From NCBI GenBank assembly GCA_040220235.1, contig JAVJTO010000157.1: DNA of 64,000 nt, one strand, 5' to 3'. Source of the DNA: Coleofasciculus sp. B1-GNL1-01 (GTDB lineage: Bacteria; Cyanobacteriota; Cyanobacteriia; Cyanobacteriales; Coleofasciculaceae). Below, piece after piece: positions 10,481-20,822 of this stretch (position 1 is the first letter of the stretch; each line of letters opens with the position of its first letter). The position numbers and the translations under genes were made by a program. The notes under the pieces are model-generated. The model ran no database searches. It was not told the DNA's origin and saw only the letters and a program-made list of their open reading frames with translations.

Positions 10481-11656
10481 ATGACAAAACCTGCTCACTT
10501 GATGATTAAATCCCTGTATCAGGCAATCAACCGCAGGGATATTTCCGCCGCTATAGACTGCATCGATGATCAGTGCGTCTATGAGGATCTTAACTTTCCC
10601 CAACCCTTTCGTGGGAAAGCCGCCGTTCAGCAACTTTTTGAAGAATCCTATCAAGGTGTACCCGATGACTTACTCTTTGTTATTGATGATATTACGACAG
10701 GAGATCCATCTTCCACGGGTGTCCTTTGGCATGTTGAACTGGATGGTATTCCCTTTCCCAATGGACGAGGGGTCAGCTTTTATCGCCTATCTGAAACCAC
10801 GGGGAAGTTAGTTTTCGCCCGTGATGTGGTGGAACCGCCAATTAAACCCGGTAAAGTTGCATTCTGGATTATTCGATTGGTTACTCCTCTGGTACGACGA
10901 CTGCTTAAACGCCAGCCAGAAACCCATGCTATGGCTAAATCAGAACAACCTCAGCCATGGGTTGCGATCGCGTTGGCACTGATGGCTATACTCTATACTT
11001 ATGTCCTCTTACTCTCTCCACCCAATCAACTTCTTCCCGGAGAACCAATTTGGGCAATTCAACCCGAAACCTTACAGGAAATTCTGGATGAGTCGCTCAA
11101 TTTCTTCTTGATCTTACCGATTCTCAATGGGGTGGGTATTCATGTCATGGAATCCCCAACGGTTCACCCTACCCTAGAAGCACTGTTTAACTTTGCCGAA
11201 GCCTGGATATTTATGTTTCTCCCCTTGCTGTTAATGGATAAAAGGGGACGCCATTTACCTAAGGTTTTGATGTGGAGTGTGGCAATGTTCCTGACGAATG
11301 TTATTCTTACGCCTTATATGGCATTGCGTTATACCGTTCCCCCTCCTCAAGACAAGGATGAACCTGAAAAAAGCTGGTTAGCTCGTCTTTTCGGATGGAT
11401 TGGGCTGATTGTAGGTACTCTAGCTATTGTATGGGGTTTTGTCGGAAGACCGGAGTTTGGAGATTTAGCACAGAGGGCGCACTATTTTAGAGAACTGCTA
11501 ATGAGTAACCGGGTAACGATCGCATTTTGTATTGATTTGGTGTTGTTTTCCATTTTCCAGGGTGTACTGTTAACCGCCGTCATTCCATCTAATCAAAGGG
11601 GGCGCTGGCTGCGATATGTTCCCTTCTGGGGATTGGCGGTTTGGCTGATTATCTGA
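10481..11656 (+). CDS. SnoaL/NTF2-like domain fused to a multi-pass membrane domain
   Basis: N-terminal SnoaL-like fold (Y.AIN.RD..A....I.D.CVYED...P.PF.GK), then several hydrophobic segments. Confidence 0.8.
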   Translation: MTKPAHLMIKSLYQAINRRDISAAIDCIDDQCVYEDLNFPQPFRGKAAVQQLFEESYQGVPDDLLFVIDDITTGDPSSTGVLWHVELDGIPFPNGRGVSFYRLSETTGKLVFARDVVEPPIKPGKVAFWIIRLVTPLVRRLLKRQPETHAMAKSEQPQPWVAIALALMAILYTYVLLLSPPNQLLPGEPIWAIQPETLQEILDESLNFFLILPILNGVGIHVMESPTVHPTLEALFNFAEAWIFMFLPLLLMDKRGRHLPKVLMWSVAMFLTNVILTPYMALRYTVPPPQDKDEPEKSWLARLFGWIGLIVGTLAIVWGFVGRPEFGDLAQRAHYFRELLMSNRVTIAFCIDLVLFSIFQGVLLTAVIPSNQRGRWLRYVPFWGLAVWLII

Positions 11657-11782
11657 TTAGTGATTTGTCATTTGTCTTATGTCTTATGTCCTTTGTCCCA
11701 GGTTTTATGCCAATCATTTAACTTGCTGAAAGTGCAAAACGTGTCAAAATAGATAGATGTAAAGAAAGATGAATTAAAACCG

Positions 11783-12265
11783 ATGGGAGAACAACTGAGT
11801 CAAGTCCTAGAACCTATCGCGGCGTGGTTTCGCACGTTAGGCGTTCCTGAACCGATTGTTCACTGGGGACATCCTGTCATGATGGGAATCGTGATATTTG
11901 TTCTTGGTAGTTTTGTCGCCTATATGGGATGGCGTAGTCGGTTGACGAAGGATGGGGAAGTGGCAGCGAAAAGTCGGGCGTCTCACCGTCAGCTTGCGCC
12001 GTTGATGTACTTGTTTATTGCGCTGGGATATACCGGAGGAGTTCTTTCCCTGGTTATGCAGCATAAACCTATTTTTGAAAGTCCGCATTTTTGGACAGGT
12101 TCTTCTGCTGTCATTTTGTTAGGAATTAACGCGGTGATGACTTTCGGTTTTGGGGGTGATCAGAAGGAATCGTTTCGTACTGCTCATGCTTATTTGGGTA
12201 GTACAATCATGATCCTGCTCGTTGTTCACGTTGTCCTTGGTCTAAAACTGGGTCTTTCAATTTAA
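11783..12265 (+). CDS. DUF4079-like membrane protein
   Basis: Four TM helices with spaced His residues (HWGHP, SHRQ, SPHFWTG, AHAY). Confidence 0.8.
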   Translation: MGEQLSQVLEPIAAWFRTLGVPEPIVHWGHPVMMGIVIFVLGSFVAYMGWRSRLTKDGEVAAKSRASHRQLAPLMYLFIALGYTGGVLSLVMQHKPIFESPHFWTGSSAVILLGINAVMTFGFGGDQKESFRTAHAYLGSTIMILLVVHVVLGLKLGLSI

Positions 12266-12300
12266 AACGTTAATGTCAACAACTGCAACATCGTTGTCAT

Positions 12301-12350
12301 GTGAGCATCTTGCTCGCTACCCATTGCCAATTTAAATGCGTGACCGCTTA
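12301..12350 (-). repeat. Left-end fragment of the TAAGCTGT-terminated MITE family
   Basis: Reverse complement TAAGCGGTCACGCATTTAAATTGGCAATGGGTAGCGAGCAAGATGCTCAC matches the start of 14829-14979. Confidence 0.8.
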
Positions 12351-12384
12351 GAGACGTTACAGACGTTCCGCCGTAACGTCTCTA

Positions 12385-14718
12385 CTAAGAACGATCGCCT
12401 TCCATAATAGTCCTAATTGCCCGATCCAGCAGTTCAATCGCTTCATTTTCATAATGATAGGTTTTAAACTTTTGTCCAGATTCTATCACTTCTGGGCGCT
12501 TGGAGGGACGGCGACCATAGTGGGATTGATAAAGCTGGAGCGCCAACGAGCCAATCGAAGTCTTTTGCCCTTTGGTAGCATCAATATTGAGTTCACGGAG
12601 TCGCATCGCCACGCTAACAAATTGTTGATTTGGCGATGCTGGAGACTGCATCGTTCTCACCTGATTCAGTGCATCAATTAAAGTTTGATGAGACTCAGAT
12701 AATAATAAAGGCAACTGAGTATATCGGCGCATTGGTTTATCGATACTAACAGCATACCTTAACGTTTCTGGTCTACCAACGGCGATAAATCCACCATAGC
12801 TGGCACGAGTCATTGTGGTGTAGAGAAGTTGACGAGAAAGCATCCGGTGGTTTGAAGGCGACAGAGGCATAATTACATACTGGAATTCACTACCTTGAGC
12901 CTTATGGCAAGTTAGGCAAAACGAATGCATAATCTGCTCAAAAATGCCGGGGACATAATCAACAACCGCGCCGCCTTCAAATGCAACCGTAACCCGTTCA
13001 GGATTGGATTTGGTTTTAACCTCAATCACCCAACCCCCCTCGCCATTCATTACCGCCGGGATTGTATCATATCTATTCTTCAATTGAATCACGCGATCGC
13101 CAACTCGATACACCACCTCCCCCGTTTCCACTTCTGGCTGTTCCGGTTGTTTTGGGTTAAACAGAGGCTGCAATCGTTTATTTAACGCTTGAACCCCAAC
13201 CACCCCTTTCTTTTGGGGAGCAAGAACCATTACCTGATCTTTTAAGTTAACCTGATCACGCTGCATCTGTGCCACTAGCTCGACAATGGTATCGGCAATT
13301 GCTTCCGGGGTGTGGCGACACAGCAGGGCGCAATCGGAAACTCGTTGCCATTGTTGAGGAGAGTAAAACTGTTGCAACTGAGGAACCAAGCCACGAATAA
13401 CATCTTCTGCGGCATAGATAATTGGACTTTCTTGCCGTTGGCGGTAAATTTTGTTCAGGCGAGAACAGGGTACAACTTCAGATATCAGTAAGTCGCGCAG
13501 CACCATTCCCGCGCCCACACTCGGAAGCTGATTATGATCCCCAACCAACACGATTCTCGTATGGGGTTCTAAGGCTTTTAAGAGGGAATTAAACAGGAAA
13601 ATATCAACCATACTAAATTCGTCGATAATTAACCAGTCAATCGGCAAGGGATTGTCCTGATTAAACTCAAACTTTTGACCGTACCCTCGCCACTGAAGTA
13701 GACGATGAATCGTTTGGGCATCTAACCCGGTGGCGTTCTTCATTCTTGTCGCTGCCTTTCCCGTAGGTGCAGCTAAAGCCACCTTGAATCTACACTCCGT
13801 TAGCCAATCGATCAAATACTTCAAAATATGCGTTTTCCCTCGCCCAGCACCCCCCGTAATAATGCTAATGGGTTGGGCATAGGACTTTAACAGTGCCTGT
13901 CGCTGTTCTAGATCAAGCACCCCAGACTGCCGCCATTCTACTGCTTCTAGTTCTTGTAACCACTCCTCTAACGGTTCGATAGGCAGTTTTCTGCGAGAGG
14001 CAAAATACAGAATCAATCGGGCGACATTAACCTCCGCCCGATAAATTGGTTTTAAATAAAGAGACTCGGATAACCGTCCCTCCACTACAATTTTTTGGGT
14101 GAGCGCATTCTCTAATACCTGATTAAGTAACTGGGGATTTGGTGTATGTCCCGGACAACTCAATAACTCTAGTGCTGCTTCAATAAGTTCGGAGCTGGGG
14201 AGAAAACAATGTCCCTGATTTCTGGCATCTTGTAAGGTTTGAAGAATCCCTTGCTCATAGCGCAGGGGACTATCAGGAGGCATCCCCAACTTGAGCGCTA
14301 AACTGTCAGCTATTTTAAATCCGATTCCATCAATCTCATTAATAATCTGATAAGGGTTGGTGTTGAGGACGGATGCTGTACGCTGATCATAGTAGTCAGT
14401 CAGTTTTAGGGTTAACCCCAAAGATATCCCCATCCCCAGCAACCAAGCTTGAGTCCCTCGGACTGGGTTGCTCTTGCTTTTCTCCCAAGCTGAGAGGATG
14501 GCATCAATCCGATATTGGTATAACCCAGGAATAAGTTTAAGTCGTTGGGGTGAGAACTCCAGAACGTCTAGGGTATCAGAGCCAAAATAGGCTGTCAGCA
14601 AAGTCGCTGTCTTCTTGCCAATGCCATGAAATATACCACTGGCAAGATACTGTTCGATTTCTGCTGGATCGAGCCTGGGGAATTGATCGTTGTTGTCTGT
14701 TGGGAAAGCCATTGGCAT
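12385..14718 (-). CDS. recD2: RecD2/TraA-family SF1B DNA helicase
   Basis: HhH motifs (GIGKKTA, IDGIGFKIAD), Walker A GGAGRGKT, APTGKAA, IIDEFSM, VGDHNQLPSVG, HKAQGSEF and LLYTTMTRA. Confidence 0.88.
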   Translation of the reverse strand: MPMAFPTDNNDQFPRLDPAEIEQYLASGIFHGIGKKTATLLTAYFGSDTLDVLEFSPQRLKLIPGLYQYRIDAILSAWEKSKSNPVRGTQAWLLGMGISLGLTLKLTDYYDQRTASVLNTNPYQIINEIDGIGFKIADSLALKLGMPPDSPLRYEQGILQTLQDARNQGHCFLPSSELIEAALELLSCPGHTPNPQLLNQVLENALTQKIVVEGRLSESLYLKPIYRAEVNVARLILYFASRRKLPIEPLEEWLQELEAVEWRQSGVLDLEQRQALLKSYAQPISIITGGAGRGKTHILKYLIDWLTECRFKVALAAPTGKAATRMKNATGLDAQTIHRLLQWRGYGQKFEFNQDNPLPIDWLIIDEFSMVDIFLFNSLLKALEPHTRIVLVGDHNQLPSVGAGMVLRDLLISEVVPCSRLNKIYRQRQESPIIYAAEDVIRGLVPQLQQFYSPQQWQRVSDCALLCRHTPEAIADTIVELVAQMQRDQVNLKDQVMVLAPQKKGVVGVQALNKRLQPLFNPKQPEQPEVETGEVVYRVGDRVIQLKNRYDTIPAVMNGEGGWVIEVKTKSNPERVTVAFEGGAVVDYVPGIFEQIMHSFCLTCHKAQGSEFQYVIMPLSPSNHRMLSRQLLYTTMTRASYGGFIAVGRPETLRYAVSIDKPMRRYTQLPLLLSESHQTLIDALNQVRTMQSPASPNQQFVSVAMRLRELNIDATKGQKTSIGSLALQLYQSHYGRRPSKRPEVIESGQKFKTYHYENEAIELLDRAIRTIMEGDRS

Positions 14719-14828
14719 GATTGATTGCTCCCTGAACAGGTGAACCAGAAATCCTAAACTATACCTAATTTCAAGTCTGGTAGTATCTTCATTGTACAGT
14801 GGAGAGCGATCGCAAAAACCTGATTTAG

Positions 14829-14979
14829 TAAGCTGTCATGCATTTAAATTGGGAATGGGTAGCGAGCAAGATGCAAAGCCTGCGGCATGGCTTCGCTAAA
14901 GCCTGCGGCATGGCTTCGCTAAACGCACTACAAGGATTTCGCCCTTATTGATATTAAGGTTTAAATGCCGAACAGCTTA
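14829..14979 (+). mobile_element. MITE-like element with 20-bp imperfect TIRs and nested REP plus tandem 23-bp inserts
   Basis: TAAGCTGTCATGCATTTAAA...TTTAAATGCCGAACAGCTTA, with a near-identical inverted copy at 37845-37964. Confidence 0.8.
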
Positions 14980-15209
14980 ACAGCTTTAAAAGGTGACAAA
15001 TTTAGGAAAAGGGCGCACGTCTATGCGCCCCTACAGTTAATTAATCAATTGCCAATATTATGGGAAACGGGTGTAATCCTTTCGTCAGATAATTCGGGTT
15101 TTCTGACTGACGCGATCGCACCATCTCTCTACCCCGTTTAAGGCACAAACAACCACTAAAGTGGCTACTACAAACAGGCTGCTACAAACAGCGCGATCGC
15201 ACGTTTCCT

Positions 15210-17246
15210 TTAACGCCAATCGTCCCAATCCTGATTAAAAATCGACGTATCTGGAAACGCCGTCGGATTATTATTCCGTTCCAACCGTCGCCGCAACACC
15301 TGCAACTGCGGATCATGGGGTGGAAGTCCATCCACCAATTCAAACGGTGCAATTCCCTTCTCCAACGCAAACGCCGCCGCCGTTCCCGCCCCTGCACCCG
15401 ATGACCATTCAAAGGAATGCACCCGATACGCCGCCGCTGCAATATGACTCGTGGCAATACTTTTTCCCGCCACTAACATATTGTCAATCTTTTGCGGAAT
15501 CATCGCCCGCAGGGGAATTTGAAACGGATAGGCTTGACCCGCCCCCTGACGTTCCCCCTCTCGTTCTGTATTTCCTGGCGCTTCTGGGGGAGAGAAACTC
15601 ATGCAGGGATGAAAATCAATGGCATAATGTCCAATTCCCACCGAATCGGGATAGATGGTTGAACGAGTACGTCGATTCACCTCATCGGGCGATACCTCAC
15701 CCTGAATCACCGAAATCGCTTCTCGTCCCGCCAAAGCCGTCCATAATTGGCGATACATTTTGGGAGATAAGGTTTGACGGTAATAATCCTCCCGGTAATT
15801 GCGGCGAGACATATCAATTTCCCAAATTGTAAACCCCTCCGGATACCCAAACGCAGGGCGTCCGATAATTCGCCGTCCTTCCCGCATATAGGGATACTTA
15901 GATAACCCATGTACTGTTCCCATGGGAGAGTCTAATCCGGATAAATAACGATAACTGGGATGGGGTTCCTTGACGCCATCACCAAGTTGGGAGTCTGTTG
16001 TTCCGTCAACTAACCAATAGAAATATCCCAGGGAGAGTTCCTCTGCTTTGCGTAAACTCTCGGTTCGCAAACCACCCATCCAACCTCCGGGGGCTAACTG
16101 TCCCGTCTCTTGCAATTGGTCAGGAGTATAAACAAGGTTATCAGCTTCAGTACCGGGACGATAGTCATTTCCCCACGTCCAGTTTTGCATGGAGATATCC
16201 CCGACGGTGGGCGCGGTAAAGGAAATTCCGCCAAATTTCTCCGGTTCACCTTTTTTAGGACTCCAAATCCGCCGATAGGTAAATACTAAGTCAAAGTCGG
16301 CTAAGCGGGGTAATTCATAACTATAGTAGGGTTCGTACTGCCGATAAAATGGCGGCATTTCATGGCTTTGCGGTTCCTTGGTGGCTTCCATGGCAAAGGT
16401 GTAGGTAAACCCCTGAGTACAATAGGGATTCCCGGTGGCGCTGGAAGACGAGGGTTCGAGATGAGAACGGGGGTCAATTCCCAGGCGGTAAGGGACATCC
16501 GCCAACCCAATCAGTTCCCCGGTTTCTGTAGCCTCCACCACATACCAATCTGGGACGTTTCCCGGTGATGAGTTTTGAGGAACGAAGCGGATAATAGTTT
16601 TGTCAAAGCGGGGGGAATCTTGGTACTGATACCAATCTTCAATGGTTTGTGATAGAGGAAATGTATTTAGGGGGAGTGCATCCGAGGCGGGTTGATGCTG
16701 AATGGCGATCGCACTTTTAATCAAGTTCCCGGTAGGATTGTAGTCGAGTTCCTTTATCACCGTGGAGGGAAACCACTTCAGTGTCCCTTTCCCCCGTTTG
16801 GCTGCATCCTGCAACATATCCAGGAGGATATCATGGGCGTCGCTGGGAATAAAACAGGATTCACTCACCCAACAATCCCCCGGATTCAGTTCCCCATATT
16901 TGCGTCTAATCCGTTCCCGCAATTCCAAATAACCGCGAGAATAGAAAAGGCGCGATCGCTGAGTCGGGCGTTCATCCAGTGCAGAGGTTCCCTGGGAGGA
17001 AATCTGTCCCCCTACCCAGTCGGTAATCTCCGTCAAGCAAACCGTTCGTCCCGCGAGTAACCCTTCATAGGCTGTCGCTGCACCCGCTAATCCACCCCCA
17101 ACCACCAAGATTTCACAGGTGACGGTTTCATCGGGCGTGCCATCGGAAACGCTACGGGCAATTGGGGCGAGGGATAGTAGAGAAATCAGGCTAAAAGACA
17201 AGGAAATGATAGATTTTCCGGCAGATACACGTCGAGAACGCTTCAT
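15210..17246 (-). CDS. Secreted FAD-dependent oxidoreductase
   Basis: Signal-peptide-like N terminus, LVVGGGLAGA Rossmann motif, REGRRI and FQIPLRAMIP motifs. Confidence 0.88.
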   Translation of the reverse strand: MKRSRRVSAGKSIISLSFSLISLLSLAPIARSVSDGTPDETVTCEILVVGGGLAGAATAYEGLLAGRTVCLTEITDWVGGQISSQGTSALDERPTQRSRLFYSRGYLELRERIRRKYGELNPGDCWVSESCFIPSDAHDILLDMLQDAAKRGKGTLKWFPSTVIKELDYNPTGNLIKSAIAIQHQPASDALPLNTFPLSQTIEDWYQYQDSPRFDKTIIRFVPQNSSPGNVPDWYVVEATETGELIGLADVPYRLGIDPRSHLEPSSSSATGNPYCTQGFTYTFAMEATKEPQSHEMPPFYRQYEPYYSYELPRLADFDLVFTYRRIWSPKKGEPEKFGGISFTAPTVGDISMQNWTWGNDYRPGTEADNLVYTPDQLQETGQLAPGGWMGGLRTESLRKAEELSLGYFYWLVDGTTDSQLGDGVKEPHPSYRYLSGLDSPMGTVHGLSKYPYMREGRRIIGRPAFGYPEGFTIWEIDMSRRNYREDYYRQTLSPKMYRQLWTALAGREAISVIQGEVSPDEVNRRTRSTIYPDSVGIGHYAIDFHPCMSFSPPEAPGNTEREGERQGAGQAYPFQIPLRAMIPQKIDNMLVAGKSIATSHIAAAAYRVHSFEWSSGAGAGTAAAFALEKGIAPFELVDGLPPHDPQLQVLRRRLERNNNPTAFPDTSIFNQDWDDWR

Positions 17247-17394
17247 AAGAGTTAAAATGCAGTGCGTATCAGATGTTACATTACAGTGGATGCCTTGACG
17301 TTGCCATCCCCCAATAAGTTCATCTCCTCAACGAAATCTTTCTGTATTATAATTGTAGTATGTTGATATTATTTAGCGCTAGAGGCGCATATTT

Positions 17395-18576
17395 ATGCCT
17401 TACGAACAACTGAAACTGTCCACCGATAAGCCCGTTTTATCCTGGGCAAATCATGATTTAGGAAAGGATGAAACCCAAATGGCAAAAAATGTGGCATCCT
17501 TACCGTTTGTGTTTAAACATGTGGCGTTAATGCCAGATGTTCACTTAGGTAAAGGCGCATTAGTTGGGTCTGTTCTTGCCACCAAAGATGCGGTTATTCC
17601 TGCCGCTGTCGGTGTCGATATTGGCTGTGGGATGGCAGCAATTAAAACGCCATTTAGGGCGGAACAACTGGAGGGGAAACTCAAGAAAATTCGCTTAGAT
17701 ATTGAAGCCGCCATTCCGCTGGGATTTAACCAAAATAAAGAGGTGGAAAAAGATGCCAGCAATTGGCAAGGCTGGGCGCATTTCAAAGACTTACATCGCG
17801 GTGTGCAGGATGTGCAAGGAAAAGCGATGAAGCAGTTGGGTTCTCTGGGTGGTGGAAATCACTTTATTGAAGTGTGCCTTGATACGGAGGATTCCGTTTG
17901 GTTAATGCTTCATTCCGGTTCTCGGAATATTGGTAATCGCTTGGCGCAGTGTCATATTAGCACGGCAAAGGAATTAGCCAAATTAGCCGAAAATCGCTTA
18001 CCTGATCCGGATTTAGCCTACTTTATCGCCGGAACTCCAGAATTTGCCGCCTACTGGCGAGATTTACAATGGGCGCAGAATTATGCCCGTTATAATCGCG
18101 ATGTGATGATGGCGCGTTTTAAGCGAATTGTGGAACAACATTTGGCGGGCGGTAAGTCAACCAAGCCCTTGTTAGAGGTAAATTGCCATCACAATTATGC
18201 CGAGAAAGAAGTCCATTTTGGGGAAGACGTGTATGTGACGCGCAAGGGTGCAGTGCGGGCGCGTGAAGAGGATTACGGGATTATACCCGGTTCGATGGGG
18301 GCAAAGTCGTTTATTGTCAAAGGGAAAGGGAATCATGCAAGTTATTGCAGTTGCTCCCATGGCGCTGGGCGTTTAATGTCTCGGAACAAGGCAAAGAAAC
18401 AGTTTTCCCTGGATGATTTGGTGACACAGACGCAAGGGGTTGAATGTCGCAAAGATGGTGGGGTTTTGGATGAGATTCCCGGCGCCTATAAACCCATTGA
18501 TGAAGTGATGAATAATCAAGCGGATTTGGTGGAGGTGGTGGCGACACTGAAGCAGGTAGTTTGCGTGAAAGGCTGA
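17395..18576 (+). CDS. rtcB: RtcB-family RNA ligase
   Basis: MPDVH, GVDIGCGM, GGGNHF, HSGSR, HHNY, RKGA, PGSM, SHGAGR and DEIPGAYK motifs. Confidence 0.96.
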   Translation: MPYEQLKLSTDKPVLSWANHDLGKDETQMAKNVASLPFVFKHVALMPDVHLGKGALVGSVLATKDAVIPAAVGVDIGCGMAAIKTPFRAEQLEGKLKKIRLDIEAAIPLGFNQNKEVEKDASNWQGWAHFKDLHRGVQDVQGKAMKQLGSLGGGNHFIEVCLDTEDSVWLMLHSGSRNIGNRLAQCHISTAKELAKLAENRLPDPDLAYFIAGTPEFAAYWRDLQWAQNYARYNRDVMMARFKRIVEQHLAGGKSTKPLLEVNCHHNYAEKEVHFGEDVYVTRKGAVRAREEDYGIIPGSMGAKSFIVKGKGNHASYCSCSHGAGRLMSRNKAKKQFSLDDLVTQTQGVECRKDGGVLDEIPGAYKPIDEVMNNQADLVEVVATLKQVVCVKG

Positions 18577-18579
18577 TTT

Positions 18580-18603
18580 GTCGGGTGGGCATTGCCCACC
18601 TTA
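18580..18603. repeat. REP-like hairpin GGTGGGCATTGCCCACC after rtcB
   Basis: Short inverted repeat immediately after the rtcB stop. Confidence 0.65.
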
Positions 18604-18740
18604 TTTGTTGATACTAAATTTGCTTTTCTATTTTTAGAAGCTTACCTCATGCTAGACAACTATAAGTTGTGGCTAACACAGACTCAATGATCAAGATTCG
18701 AGTTAAAATCGGATGAGTGTAGACATGACAAACGTTTCCT

Positions 18741-19823
18741 TTGAGAATGAAAATTTACCTAAAATCTCCTCAAGTCACTCTCTATCACGGAGATTGCTTA
18801 GATACACTGCGCTTGCTACCTGATGATTCAGTTAATCTTATCCTTACTGATCCACCTTATCATTCGACAAAAAAAGCCAACATTACGGGTGACAAAGACT
18901 TTAAACATGACCAAGATTACCTTAACTGGTTAGACACTATAGCAGAGCAATGGCAACGGGTGTTAGCTCCCAACGGTTCCCTATACTGTTGTGCCTCTCT
19001 CAAGATGGCAGCCAGAATTGAGGTGATGTTAGCTGAACGATTTAATGTACTCGCTTCAATCACCTGGACAAAGCCCAATGCTCCAGGGTATGACGGATGG
19101 AAGCAGAAAACAAACAAGGAAAGTCTACGCAGTTGGTATTTACATTCTGAGCGGATTATTTTTGCTGAGTCAGCATCCCCAGAAGAGCCTAAACAGGCTA
19201 CTCGAAGATGCTCATCTCGCTCTGCTGCTACCACTTCATTATCCGCCTTTGGCAGCTTACTTAGAAAAACTCGCTTGGCAGCAGGACTATCTACAATTCA
19301 ACTAACAGAAGCTATTGGTGAATATGGTAGTGTAAATCACGGTGGTGCGGTATCCAATTGGGAAACTGGCAGGAATATCCCAAGTCCTGAGCAATATCAA
19401 AAACTAAAATCAGTATTTGCTAAACTCAGTTCCCAAGTTCCCGAACTGCCTGATTACGAGAAAATAATCAGACCTTTCTGTGTAACAGCTAATATCCCCT
19501 ACACGGATGTTTGGGATTTCCCTACAGTCAAACCTTATCCGGGTAAACATCCAGCGGAAAAGCCCCTAGATCTAATTACACATATTATCAAAGCCAGTTC
19601 TTATCCAGGTGACGTCGTTCTGGATTGCTTTGCTGGCTCAGGTGTTGTGGGACAAGCTGCTAAAATGTTAGGGCGTAAAGCCATTCTCGTTGAAATTGAG
19701 GAGCGTTGGTGTCACAAAATTGCTCTACGGTGTTCCGAGCCATCTGAGTTATTACCAGAAGTTAAGAAATCAGCCTTTGATTGGCAGAAAGAACCCTTAT
19801 TTCAGCTATTGAACGATGGATGA
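18741..19823 (+). CDS. Beta-class N6A/N4C DNA methyltransferase with internal XRE-like HTH (M.EcoGII-like)
   Basis: Motif IV DPPY precedes motif I FAGSG, with HPAEKP. Central LRKTRLAAGLS..QL....G......VSNWETGRNIP HTH. Alternative ATG at 18747. Confidence 0.92.
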   Translation: MRMKIYLKSPQVTLYHGDCLDTLRLLPDDSVNLILTDPPYHSTKKANITGDKDFKHDQDYLNWLDTIAEQWQRVLAPNGSLYCCASLKMAARIEVMLAERFNVLASITWTKPNAPGYDGWKQKTNKESLRSWYLHSERIIFAESASPEEPKQATRRCSSRSAATTSLSAFGSLLRKTRLAAGLSTIQLTEAIGEYGSVNHGGAVSNWETGRNIPSPEQYQKLKSVFAKLSSQVPELPDYEKIIRPFCVTANIPYTDVWDFPTVKPYPGKHPAEKPLDLITHIIKASSYPGDVVLDCFAGSGVVGQAAKMLGRKAILVEIEERWCHKIALRCSEPSELLPEVKKSAFDWQKEPLFQLLNDG

Positions 19824-19838
19824 TATAGGTAAGTAAAA

Positions 19839-20822
19839 CTATTTAATACGTTGATTGTTTCGGAGGACTTTTTCCATCCATTCTAGCGTATGTTCAACTC
19901 CCCAATCTCTTGCGGCTGCATTACAGTGGTGATGTCCCCATCCCAGGTTATAACGTCGATGGTTATATACTCCTGCTCTTAATTCCTTAACATGAAAAAG
20001 ATTGGCTGTAGTCACTGTTAAATCTGGGACATTTCTGCCTTCAGCTTGTTCAACACGAGAAGCAAGTTCTTTAGCCGAAATTCGCTCTAAACAAAGAGGA
20101 CAAACTGTACATCCATGACCATCCAGTAGCCTATTTTCCTGAAGTTTTTCCAGATTAGCCAGATCCATTTCCCGGCATTTATCCTCGATCCTCTGCTGGC
20201 ATTCTTCAAGATTCGATATGCCTTCTTGACAAGCCATATCCATAATCCCCTCTGTTCGCCAAGCCAAAAAAGATAGTTGATACTTAGTTGCTTCTATCTC
20301 TTGAGAAGAAGCATACTCATAGACGCGGATTCCTGCCCCTTGACCTCCCGTCTTTGTGCCTGTATATCCATGTCTTATCTGAGAGTCATCAGAACGGGTA
20401 GTGTCGGGTACACGAGCAATGTATTGTCCGCCAAGTGGTGGAGTTCGGGAAGTTGCTGGAGACCAATCGTACTGACTCGGAGGGTAATTATTCCAGTGAT
20501 ATCTTGTTTCATAAAGAACTAATAAATTTCTGCCAAGCTTTAGGTCGTTGGGTAAATCGGGATGAGGCTCTGGAGGATTATCAGAAAAGTAATCTTCTGG
20601 AGAAGCAAGAACGATATAACCCTTCTCGAATCCACCTTCTGGTTGAAGAAAGTTACTGTTCCAAGAACTGATTGGGATTAGGACGGTATTACATCTCTTT
20701 ACACGATTTTGGTATACAGTATCTTTTTCAGCTCCCCTTGTTTGACTGGTCTTGTAGATTTTCATCGCTATGGCTTCTGGCAGTCCAAGTTTGTAGCTTA
20801 GCTTAGTTTTTTTAGCCTTCAC
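19839..20822 (-). CDS. Type II restriction endonuclease, BstXI-like, with C-terminal HNH/Zn motif
   Basis: KIYKT.QTRGA....YQNRV.R..TVLIP N terminus recalled from the BstXI family, plus CPLC...FH...H...N...GHHHCN. Convergent with the MTase. Confidence 0.8.
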   Translation of the reverse strand: MKAKKTKLSYKLGLPEAIAMKIYKTSQTRGAEKDTVYQNRVKRCNTVLIPISSWNSNFLQPEGGFEKGYIVLASPEDYFSDNPPEPHPDLPNDLKLGRNLLVLYETRYHWNNYPPSQYDWSPATSRTPPLGGQYIARVPDTTRSDDSQIRHGYTGTKTGGQGAGIRVYEYASSQEIEATKYQLSFLAWRTEGIMDMACQEGISNLEECQQRIEDKCREMDLANLEKLQENRLLDGHGCTVCPLCLERISAKELASRVEQAEGRNVPDLTVTTANLFHVKELRAGVYNHRRYNLGWGHHHCNAAARDWGVEHTLEWMEKVLRNNQRIK

